DNA of 63,815 nucleotides, the filler included, from Reticulomyxa filosa (taxonomy: Eukaryota; Protista; Foraminifera): assembly GCA_000512085.1 (NCBI GenBank). It is 27 parts of 27 records of this genome, joined end to end, with 100 filler letters (N's around TTAATTAATTAA, not from the genome) between each part and the next. Parts side by side here need not be neighbours in the genome. Positions count along the whole stretch, not along the records: positions 52,241 to 59,252 come from ASPP01006608.1; positions 59,353 to 62,417 come from ASPP01011041.1; positions 62,518 to 63,815 come from ASPP01026229.1; 24 more parts are not named here. One strand, 5' to 3'. A program made the position numbers and the translations under genes. The notes beneath the pieces are model-generated. The model saw only the letters and a program-made list of their open reading frames with translations, did not search any database and was not told the DNA's origin. Numbering within the stretch: position 1 is the stretch's first letter; every line of letters begins with the position of its first letter. Positions 53,351 through 63,815 of this stretch are shown here, in pieces.

Positions 53351-53701
53351 GTAAATTTGACATCTAAAACGTCATATTATATATATAATTGATTTTCTTC
53401 ATGAAAAAACAATATTCAGAACTAATTTTTTTAAAAATATATACTCATTGATCACTTCCTGAAAAAGTTGAAAAATTTCATAGTTACTACAAAGTCAGTA
53501 TTGTGAACTTTTTCTCAAAAATTTTCGAAAATCAATAAAATATCAAATTTTTTAAACAATTATGAAATATTTAATAAAAAGACAAAATGATTTAAAAACT
53601 ATACTATTCGTAGATATTTTTAAAAATTATGTCTGAATGCTGTTTTTTCATGAATAGGATAAATCATCTCTATAATGTGCTGTTTTAAGTGTCAACTTTA
53701 C
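53351..53701. mobile_element. MITE/foldback-like element with ~90-bp imperfect inverted arms
   Basis: 53351-53440 (GTAAATTTGACATCTAAAAC...TTCATGAAAAAACAATATTCAGA) aligns to the reverse complement of 53616-53701 (GTAAAGTTGACACTTAAAAC...TTCATGAAAAAACAGCATTCAGA). Confidence 0.6.
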
Positions 53702-55814
53702 TTACATTATATTTATATCAATTACCACAAGTCATACAAAGAAAAGTCAAATAAAATTAAATAAACATTATTGTACAGTATCGTGATAGTCACAAAATCA
53801 AGTATTGACTATATCATGCTTGAGAATATCGATACAAATTTCTATGAAGCCTGCAAACGGCATTATTAATCATAGCATATTACATGCAACTTTCGAAGAT
53901 CAAATATTTCATAAGAATTAGTTTCAAGCAAATATGAGGACTTATTCGACAAAACGTTGTATCAAAGTATCGAATAACTTTTGTCAAGACAGCTTATATA
54001 ATCTAAATTGAATCAATATCAGCTTCAACTGAAGCTAGTGTGTTGAACTTTCGCACAATTTAAAACTACTCTAGCTTGTCTTTCATTGAGTGAAAACATT
54101 CTAACTAAAGTTTATTCTAATTTGTTTTTTGACATAAGCTTTATCGAAAGCTATTATTTAAATGCATCCATATCAGATTATAATCAAATAGTACAGTATC
54201 AACAATTAAACAACAATGCAATAACATTATATACATACTTACATATAGAATTTCCATTCAGAATGCGAACAATTTGAAAATAACATATTATACTATAGAA
54301 GCAATACTAACAGTATCATCAATAAACCAATCGTCCTCGTACATTCGTGCAATCCAAAATCGCTACGTTCGTTACATATTTCGAAGACAGTGCTCTAAAG
54401 GCAATATTACATATCAGTCTTGGCATATCAATATCGAAGACAGATTATGTTATAGTTCTCAAGAATGCAAAGTGGAAATTTCAAAGTGGTGATCATGCAA
54501 CCATGTATAAATATTGAAAAGGTCGAATTTCAAGACATGATTTAGTCGTTCTAAGCATTTCCAACTTACTATCAAATAGATTTATCTAGCACAAATTGTA
54601 ATATCTTGAAGTGTTTAACGCAAAGAACGTACTGTCGATATATGTATGAAATAGTTCGTTAGAAGAGCATACATGACTATATTCGACGTTGTCATCACTA
54701 ATAACTTACAAGCATTAAACAACAATCACTAATGTTAAAGTTGATGAAATACTGTTTCAGAAAAAACAATGAGAAATTTACATAACGAAACATTTATACA
54801 TCGTATTGTTCGCAAAAGTAATTGGCGACTGGCACCATAAAGCAAAAGAATCATTCAATGTCCAAGCAAAAGTATTTGTCGACAAAGATCCTTTGATGAC
54901 GAATTGTCAGATATTTATATAAAACTTAGTGCGGTGCAATTACCATTTGCACACATTGTAACTTCTAGTACATTAAAGCTAGAAATAATCAGCTAGTTCC
55001 AAGAAGTTTCTCCACACATAATCATCAAACGCTCCAAATCAAAGCAAATAACAACAGCTTTTCAATGTCACAACAGAACATCGATCTACTATTAAAATTA
55101 TTAAAGTAGCATAAAACCATTTATTTATTTATTTTTCTACATTTTCAATATGTGCACACAATAACATATATACATAGTGTGTTAGTTACATTTGCTGTGC
55201 TTTTTGTAATGGCTTGCTGTCGCAACAGAAACCTGGTTGATAATATTTGCACATGTAGTGAAATGGTGCGATAAACACACATACAAACAGGTAAAACGGT
55301 AACACAATGTTGATAAGTCTATCCCACGCGGTAGTCGGTCTCCACATCGCACGTGTCTTTGCTTGCTTTGCACTTTTGGCAACGTTTCTTCGTCACATTC
55401 TGTCGATTCACCGTTTCCAACTATCAAATCCTTTGAGGAAAAATTCTCGTCTTGAGTACTAATTTTGTTTTCTAACTTTCTTCAGTAAAAAAAAACCTGA
55501 CAAAAGAAAGTCAAAACACAAAAAAATCCTCCTTTAAAACTAGTTTCAGTCCTTTTGTTTTGTGCAAAAAAAAAGCGGATTGTAACGTGAAAAAGTTTAA
55601 GTACTGCATTAAACATTTGAACCGATTTAGCTACTACACGTCTGCATAATTTTGTGCAAGACGTGGCATCAATTAAAATTGAATTAGAACAATTATTTAT
55701 TACTTATATAAGGATTAGTTGTTTAATGCACGGAACTGTTTGTAAACAAGTAATTGAATACAAGGGAAACGGACCCTCTCACAAGGAGAGGAGGCGGAAA
55801 AAATAAGAAAAAAA

Positions 55815-57002
55815 ATGGCTTGTGATACGCATTGGAAATGGAGCAAATTTTTGTTCGTCCTCGGAATAGTGGAATTGGCGATTGGAATAATAGCGTTATG
55901 TGGTTTGAACGTGAATGTGTTGGCAACAACGGAAGGGGTTGCAGACGTGAAGTTGAGAAAGCCAGTTGGCGTGTATGCAAAAGGAGTATCGATTGGTCAG
56001 TACTATACGGACGTGACAATGACCGCATCGGCATATGACTTTGACTCGAGGATGAGCAGTGAATTATTGGGTAACTATACCAACACTACGCACTACACCT
56101 ACGAGAGCGCCTATAAAGACGCATGTAAGGACAGCGACAGCAATACCAATAAAAGCTCGAGTAACACCACTTCAAACAATTGCAATCTGCGTTACGCCAT
56201 TTGGAAATGGAGTGACACATTTTTAACCATGGGTTTTACAGCATCTGTCATCGTTTTATGCATCGGAGTTTACTTCTTTTTTTTTTTTTTTTTATTTCTA
56301 CTTTTCAATAAACACTTTTTTTTCCAAAAAAAAAAAAAAAAAAAAAAGGGTGTAAAATAATATATACATATGTATGTGTATACGTATATACATTTGTAAA
56401 AATATGTAATGTGACATATTACACACTTGGAGTAAAGGCCTATTTGATCGTGTTGGGGTGTTTTCGCGATTGTTGCCAATGCTTTTGCTGCTGTCGAGAT
56501 CGAGCAGAAGATGATCATCCGCATCGCCATTGCAAAAGATGTTGTGGGCTACTTTCATGCAGCGTCGAAGTTATCGTAGCTTTGCTCAATTTATTGGTTG
56601 GACTCTTATTTGCTTTTTCGTGGACTGTTATCCTTGTTATTCGGTTTGAAAAGAATTTGGTTTGCTTTTATTTTATATATAAATATATATATACATATAT
56701 ATAATATAATATATGTATATATATTATATATGCATATATAATAAATAAAGGACGACGTAATGGCAAGTGAGATTAATGACCAACTGAACAACAACAAAGA
56801 GTTGTATTACTACGACTTTAGTTTTGATGACTTGAAAGCGGGTGGAAGTCTTTGGCCTTTGGCTGTGTCTTCCATTCTCGCCTTGCTCGTCGTGGCCTAC
56901 TTACTTCTCGTTTTTTGTTGTAAGTGCTGCACTTTCTTGGCTGGATCTCATTTGGAAGAGGAAAGACAAAGGGACGAACAACATACTTATGAGATGTTGT
57001 AA
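55815..57002 (+). CDS. Four-pass membrane protein (claudin/PMP22-like topology), three exons
   Basis: N-terminal TM, large Cys- and N-glycosite-containing loop, Cys-rich cytosolic loop, three further TM segments. Confidence 0.65.
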
Positions 57003-58225
57003 CATAGTCCCTACTTCCTTATCTTGCAGTACTCTATTTTCTTTTCTTTTTTTTTGTCATTTTATTTTACCTATCTTGTGGAGAAAATCGCTGATAGTTT
57101 TTAAAAAAAAAGTGGGTGTCGTTTTTCTTTTTATGTGCTTTACTTGATGTTTATCTGTCAAACTCTGTCAATACACCTGCACACGTTTCATGAATAGTGT
57201 AATAATAACTGCTAATACTTATTTACTTTTGTAAAAAGCGAGGAAAGAATCGAAACATAAAAAAAAAATATGTACTCCACGTTTGGGTCATGGAATGTTG
57301 TATTGAATTTATTTAAGGGTCTGTTTTTTGATTTTTCAAATGGAAATATTACTATGTGATTACCAATAATGTGAAATATATTTTATTTCTTTGTTTGATC
57401 GGTCTAAATTAGTCCACCTCATCCAATAAGTATATAGTGCGCTTTAAAAAGAATAACTTGTCAATCCACAGTAGCACACAACAGAGATTTACAATTTATT
57501 GAAATAAAATAAAAATTTTAATTATGTATATTGTGTCAAATGTCTTCATCAGATGTGGCCAAACATTGAACACTTTCGTCTTCCTAATGCATGATGAAAG
57601 TGGTAAATAATTAGATGATACTATTACAGCAGCAATTTTAATTTTACTTACTTGCTTTAAATTCGAGTAATGAGAACAAAAAACTAAAATCAAAATTGTC
57701 TAAAATGCCAATAAATTATTTTTCCAATTTGTGCTTTTAATAAACAGTTGGCACTATTTGAGAAAGTAAACCAGTATAAATCTGAAGTTTTTCATGTTCA
57801 AGCTAGTTATTCCTTAATTTTTGAAAAGCATTTTGTATCATTTGCCCTTTGCTCTCCAAAAGCTTCTCTAAGAAGTGATCCCAGAAAAAGAGTTCTAAAA
57901 TATTGCGAATGTGAAGACCGTAGAAAGAGAAAAAAAAGTAAAGAACCAAACTTTTTTTTCCCCTTCTAATGTTTGATCACGCGAGTGTTGCATGTTTAGC
58001 TTTGCCCCTCTATAAATTCATTGTTCTTGTGTGAGAAACAATCACCAAAAACAGTGACACCACGTTTATAAATAGCCAAAGCACAATAGAGACAAAGTAA
58101 ACCCAAGTGATGAGAATCTCACAAACAACGCACCAACAACGACAACAAAAACAAAGTAGATGAACAATTCACTCCCAAACATATAAATGGGAAAGAAAAA
58201 AAAAAAAGGGAAATGTTATGTTTGT

Positions 58226-59205
58226 TTATTTGTGAGGAACCAAATCCGGTCGAATGGTTTGACAAAGCATGCATCTGAGTTTGGAATAATTATTTTTGTA
58301 CGTGCAGGCAGTGCAATCCCACATCTATGAAGAGAAACATAGAGTCAGCAGCAAAATAGAGCCAACAAAAATAAAAAAAAAAGAGTAAAAAATAAAAAAG
58401 AAACTTGATGATCAGCGAATTTTTGTTTTTTGGAGAAGCGATTGTTCTTGGCTGTGGTAGACTGTAGTGCAACGTGAGAGGGTAGACTAGAAGAGAGTTG
58501 GTTGATAGTGGAATCTTTGTAACGTTTGGATTTGGATTGAGGCTTTGACTTGGAGCGCGTAGGAACAGGTTTTGAAGAAGAAGACGAGGGAGTGGAGTCA
58601 CTATATCGAGACTGCAATGAAGTAGATTGAGGCAGCGAAGACGGATCGTCCTCCTGTGCATAGGAGGCCATCAAAGCGCCATGTGTTAACAAATCATCCA
58701 ATTTGTCCGGATGAAAGCGAATCAAATGCAACTGGAAGTTTTCCAAGCTGTCACAAAAGACATCATCGGGACAATGCGGACACAAAATCATTGCGGATGG
58801 TTGCTGTGTCTTTGGCTTTGTTGCTGCTTTTGTTGGCACGGTCAGCAAAGTGTTTGACGGCTTCGAGCAGTGATCTTTGGACTTGGCAAAGTCAAAGAGT
58901 GTCGAAGACGAAATCTGAGAGGCATAGTCACTGTCGTTGGGTCCCATGACTAAATTGTCTATAGCTTCACCTTCCATCTCCAAGTCGCTATTGTTGTTGT
59001 TGTTGTTGTTGTTGGCAAATGTCTCCTCATTCACAGCGTCAAAGCCCACGTTCCCATTGAACTGCTTCAACAACTGTGTGTTGGAGTCCGACAACTGCTT
59101 GTTCGAATGCGACATACAATTACTGTTCACATGCGTCTGCATGTTCATCAATGTCACCCAAGAGTTGCAATGCGGGCAACGTTCACTGCGACTTCCACAA
59201 TATGC
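58226..59205 (-). CDS. TRAFD1/XAF1-like zinc-finger protein with C-terminal RanBP2/NZF finger (3' part)
   Basis: YCGSRSERCPHCNSWVTLMNMQTH; CPHC...HLIRFH; last exon WDCTACTYKNNYSKLRCMLC. Confidence 0.75.
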
Positions 59206-59220
59206 CTTTTGTAAATAATA

Positions 59221-59251
<31 letters not shown>

Positions 59252-59426
59252 TNNNNNNNNNNNNNNNNNNNNNNNNNNNNNNNNNNNNNNNNNNNNTTAA
59301 TTAATTAANNNNNNNNNNNNNNNNNNNNNNNNNNNNNNNNNNNNNNNNNNNNAGAGAGTAAAGTGTCTTTATGTTATATATTAAAAAAACAAAAAAAAAA
59401 CGCTGCTTTTTGTAGTCCAAACAAAC

Positions 59427-59661
59427 CGTTGAAGTCATGAATGCGACCGCTACTGTCACATATCCCCAAATGCCCAATCCACGGGCACAACCACGTCAGG
59501 CATGGCAAAGAACCCCATACAATACAGAAAGGGTAACGGTTTCTTGCTACGTCTATCTTGAAGTTTAAATCGGTGTCATTTTCATTCTCTAAACTGATTT
59601 GCTTGGACGTTCTGTTCTCTTCTAAATCATCTGCAGGGTTATAGTTATCACTGACAGACAT
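59427..59661 (-). CDS. TMEM222: TMEM222/RTE1-family protein, first exon
   Basis: RYPFCIVWGSLPCLTWLCPWIGHLGICDSSGRIHDF. Confidence 0.9.
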
Positions 59662-60725
59662 GAATACTTTTTTTTTGAAAAAGTATGAGAATTGGCCCTA
59701 GCTACGTGCTGTCCTTTCTACTGTTTTTGTAAAGATGCACCGATTGAAATAATAAAAAAGCTTCTAGCTCTTTTGTAGAAAATAAGAGTGAAAACTGTAT
59801 TTAGGTTTAACTTTTTGATTATAGTTTAATTTTAGGTTAAATATGGGTATGAGGAATGTCGTAATAGCCAGGAGTGAAATTTCCTAAGCTTAACAATACT
59901 GTCTACTTTCTTTTTGTAATTAGTTGCTTTTGTATTTTCACTCTCTTTGCAATAAATTTTAAATTTTATATAGATAAAAAATAACAAAAAATTAAATATA
60001 TTTTTGTAGTTTTTGAGAAAATTAATTTTTTCACGTGTTATTATCACATTTTTGTATGAAACTGTAATTTCGCTTCATCTTATTCATTTTTTTAATCTTT
60101 TGATTTTTCACATTCCAGAAAAAGCAAATTAATAAATTTACTACAAATTAGATAAATTTACTGTCAAAGTTTCATTAAACATATGAATAGTTTTCAATCA
60201 AATTACTGAATCGATTCTAACAACATTTATTTAAATAGATATTAACGCTAGCTTTTAAGATTTCACATAATAAAAGAAAGTAACTTTTTATTTTTATTTG
60301 CAAAATAAAATTTATTACTTTCGTTTACTTGAAGATATTGTACATCATTAACACTTTTTTTTTATAATTAAAAATATTAATCTGAAAAACAAAATTTGAT
60401 TATTATTGGATTGGAATTAAAACAGTTACAACAAACAAAACAGTAAGCAATAAGCAAAAAAATTTGTAAATAATTTAATAAATTTTTATTTAGAAAGTGT
60501 TTAATGTTCTGTTTGAATGTTGCTTCTAAGTGTTAAGTCATTCTAAAATCGACACATATAATTTAGTGTGCATGTACATACATGTTGTATTTATAAGTTC
60601 GATTTGCGGCACATAGCGCCAACTTTGCTTATATTCTTTCGGTGTTTTTGAAAGATTTGCTGACATAGCAAAAAACATAAAAGATCTAGTTTAACTATCA
60701 AACCATTAACAAAATCAGCAAAAAA

Positions 60726-62417
60726 ATGGGCTTAAATTTCCTCATAGTATGTGTATCATTGCTGCACATGGTGGCGAATGCATTAAATATCGAATGTGAA
60801 GTTTGCGTAAAGACAGTGGAACAGTTGGATTACTTTCTCCAAAAAAACTCAACAGTACTGTGGATCGAAAACGTAGCGGAAGTGATTTGTGCTCCGATAG
60901 TGGCAAAAACGAACCAATGTGCCAAGCCCTACAATAGTTGGCAGTGCGAAGTAAGCAACAAAACGTGTTTGCAAACTACCCACAAATATAATATACGCAC
61001 ATATATCTATGTTATTCCATTTCTCAAATATGCTTCCAATGCAGAATGTTTTGAGATTCGTAGACCGTCTCCTTACAAAAAAAAAAAACAAAAAAAAAAA
61101 CGAAATAAAATAAAACGTACAAGGACGTCTGCTACGGAGTGGTGCATGAATTTGAAAGTGAAGTGTTAAATATCTTGGTAACTCACTATTTGAACCCTTA
61201 CACATTATGCAATCGAATGAACTATAATTGCGATCATCCGAAGCCCACCCCCCAACCAAGACCCCCTCCTGAGATTTTATCGTATGTTTGATACCTGCCA
61301 AATGACATATTTACCCCTTTTTTTTTCATTCCCCTCTTTTTTCTTTTGTTCCCCTTGTTACTCCCTTTCAAACAAAAAAATAATTGAGCAAAACTTTTTT
61401 TAATTAAAAAAAAAAAAAAAAAAAAAGGGACAATGGAGATCGCGCAGCCTCTGGCATTGGTTATTTTATTCAGTTCCCTGATGTCCATTGGGACCCATGG
61501 TACAAAGAAGGTAAAGACAAAAACCATTAAAATGTAAACTAGTTTAAATGTAAAAACTTAACAAAACAACACGATCACTGTTTGTATTTGGACAATAGGA
61601 ACGGTGACTAATTGTGGAGAACCAGGTTAAAAAAAAAGTTGTTGATTTTGGCATTTCAGCAACGGGGTCACAAAAAAAAAAAAAAAAATAGGAAATTTGC
61701 AAAAATCGTTAAAAAAAAAAAAAAAAAAGTGTGCTGTCGTGAGTTGGATGATAACCACACGTATGAAGACCCACAATATGCCGGAAAATTTGGAGACTAC
61801 ACGGTGTGTGATGCCTCAACGGTATTGTTGGATTCAATGTTTGCATTTATTAAAGAAAACATAACGGCTACATTTGACTTGGATTTCATCATTTGGGTCG
61901 GTGATGCACCTGTACACGACGTGTGGAATGAGTCGTATTCCAAAAACCTCGGATTGATTGAAGACTGGACATTCATGATGACTGACAATTTGCCTGGTTT
62001 TTTTTTTTTGGTTTTTTTTTGTTATACGTTTTTTTTTTTTTTTTTAATAACTTTTTTTTTTTTTTTTTTAAAGGGAAGATTAGGCATACCAATCTACTGC
62101 AACTTGGGAAACCATGAAGGCTTTCCAATCAATCAATTTGACGGGTCCCCTACCGACAGCTGGCTGTACGAACCAATGGCAGAGCTGATCTCCCAATGGG
62201 TGGACAACTCGTTCACGCAGAATGACAACATCCTGCCTTCGCAGATTTTCAATTACGGCGGTTTTTACACTACCTTGGTTCGACCTGGCTTTCGCATCAT
62301 CGCTTTGCACACCGGATATATGCAAGGCAACAATTTTTATTTAGTTGCTGATGGTAACAGAGGCCGAGATATGACTGGTTACATGTATTTTTTTTTTATT
62401 TTTTTTTTTGTTGTGTG
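60726..62417 (+). CDS. Acid sphingomyelinase-like phosphodiesterase with saposin-B domain (5' part)
   Basis: Signal peptide, CEVC...IC saposin, FPDVHWDPWYKEG, CCR, GKFGDY..CD, IIWVGD...HD and LGNHE. Confidence 0.93.
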
Positions 62418-62519
62418 NNNNNNNNNNNNNNNNNNNNNNNNNNNNNNNNNNNNNNNNNNNNTTAATTAATTAANNNNNNNNNNNNNNNNNNNNNNNNNNN
62501 NNNNNNNNNNNNNNNNNTG

Positions 62520-63815
62520 CTTTAATTTGTTAAAAGAGGTGAATTGAATCTAAATATTTCACTGAGACTTCAACACTTTGAAAACAAGTCTCAGAGGATT
62601 CGGTTAAGCATTAGCATTGCTCCTATAATTCCTCCTGACCATTCCACAGGGCATAGCCAAATTTGTTTTCACAACTGTTGGTCGCTCTCGCCGTATAACT
62701 TTTGAGATTTTATTTGTTTTTTTTTGATATTTTAAAGATTAAATTAAAACTTAAATTTTTTTTTCCACTTGTTGTTGATTGTATGTGAGTTTTTTGATGT
62801 TTTGCTGATTTTTTCCTTTTTTTTGTTTGTTTTCATTAGAGTACTGTGTTCCTTTTGGGACGAGGTGCTCATTTTAACTTGGATAAGGTCTTGCTAAAAA
62901 AAAAAAATTCCAATGATTATTCCAATGAAAAAATATCAAAATTCAATCAAAAATTCTTCCCAAATAACAAATTTTCAATTTTCCAATGACTCTTCAAGTG
63001 TTTCAATAAAATAACTTTCTTCAAATACCATTTTCAAAATTAACTTCAAAACTTGATAGATGCTTGAGTATCTTGACTTGTCTAACTTCAATTTCCTTCC
63101 AAAAAAACTTTTCAGCAAGTTGAAAATGATGATGAATGTAGCTACATATTTTTTTTTTATATCTACTTGTTCTAAGTTTACTTGAAGTGTATCAGGAATG
63201 TAAATCTCTTACTCCAGATCTTCCTGTCTCACTTATAATCGATGTCCTTCTTTGATCTGAATCCTTCTTGCAATAAACAGATATGGGGCTGCTTCTGATG
63301 CAAGTTTGTTCTTGGAATAAAATCCGTTAATATTATTCTCATTTAGTCTGCCGCTTCACGTCTTGGCGATGATATTTCATCAGCATCAGATTTCTTATTC
63401 TGTTGCCTTGATCATTGTTGATCTTTCTTTTATTCTTCTTTCTATTGGTCTTTTTCTTTGGTTTTCGAAGTCCATTTTTGTTTTCATTTCCATTTAATCT
63501 TTGTTCTTTGGCAGCATCAATATAATGATAATTCTTTGCTCGCCAATCCGCAATACTTACATACTTTGCGCTTCTTTGAACAATATGGTTCAATCTGTAG
63601 CATTTTCTGCATTGCTTGAAATGCGATTTTGGTCTTGATTTGCCTTTGTCGAATAGTTCCACTTTCACAATTGTCTTTCAGTCTTGGATAGTGAAAATGT
63701 ATTCGCTAATACTTTTCTGGACAACTCATCTTGTTTTTCAATCCAATGAACTTAATTACTGATTTAAGTGACTATAATCGTTGGCGTATTCGTACAGTAA
63801 TTATTGTCTGACTTG
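62520..63815 (-). mobile_element. Degenerate retroelement gag/ORF1-like sequence
   Basis: FKQCRKCYRLNH resembles a decayed QC..C...GH knuckle; intron-free, K/N-rich, frameshifted. No reverse transcriptase is visible. Confidence 0.4.

Noticed and set aside
54550-54950. Protein kinase remnant (MRNLHNETFIHR)
   Set aside because: Only one weak motif; no DFG or APE could be recovered.

Overview
This window is not a contiguous locus. It holds 27 short, unlinked contig fragments joined by 26 artificial 100-bp spacers (N44-TTAATTAATTAA-N44). Twenty-six fragments are from an AT-rich, intron-rich eukaryote with expanded WD40 and Kelch families and many pseudogenes. My inference from family content and intron style is a rhizarian such as the foraminiferan Reticulomyxa filosa; this was not verified. 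One fragment (1491-3623) is intron-free bacterial DNA (glyS 3' end, yraN, a decayed pilT), probably from an AT-rich endosymbiont or co-sequenced bacterium. Recognisable eukaryotic gene fragments: WW-domain protein, RING-H2 E3, SAM protein, RasGEF, H+-PPase, VPS9 GEF, USP with a UBA insert, C2H2 zinc finger, TFIIF-beta, RNF213-like pseudogene, dynamin-related GTPase, OTU deubiquitinase, TRAFD1/XAF1-like protein with NZF, TMEM222 and acid sphingomyelinase. The best candidate for something new is a ~34-aa single-exon module (W-I-R...G-W-I-x-D/E-F-D-K...Y). It sits at the N-terminus of WD40 proteins and the C-terminus of Kelch proteins, behind the same splice acceptor, and may be an F-box/SOCS-box-like adaptor spread by exon shuffling. 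Other notable points: introns ending in poly-A rather than a polypyrimidine tract, a multi-copy degenerate gene family linked to an RNF213-like gene, a short GlyS lacking its anticodon-binding domain, and a MITE-like inverted repeat. All product calls come from recognising motifs by eye, and exon boundaries are manual.
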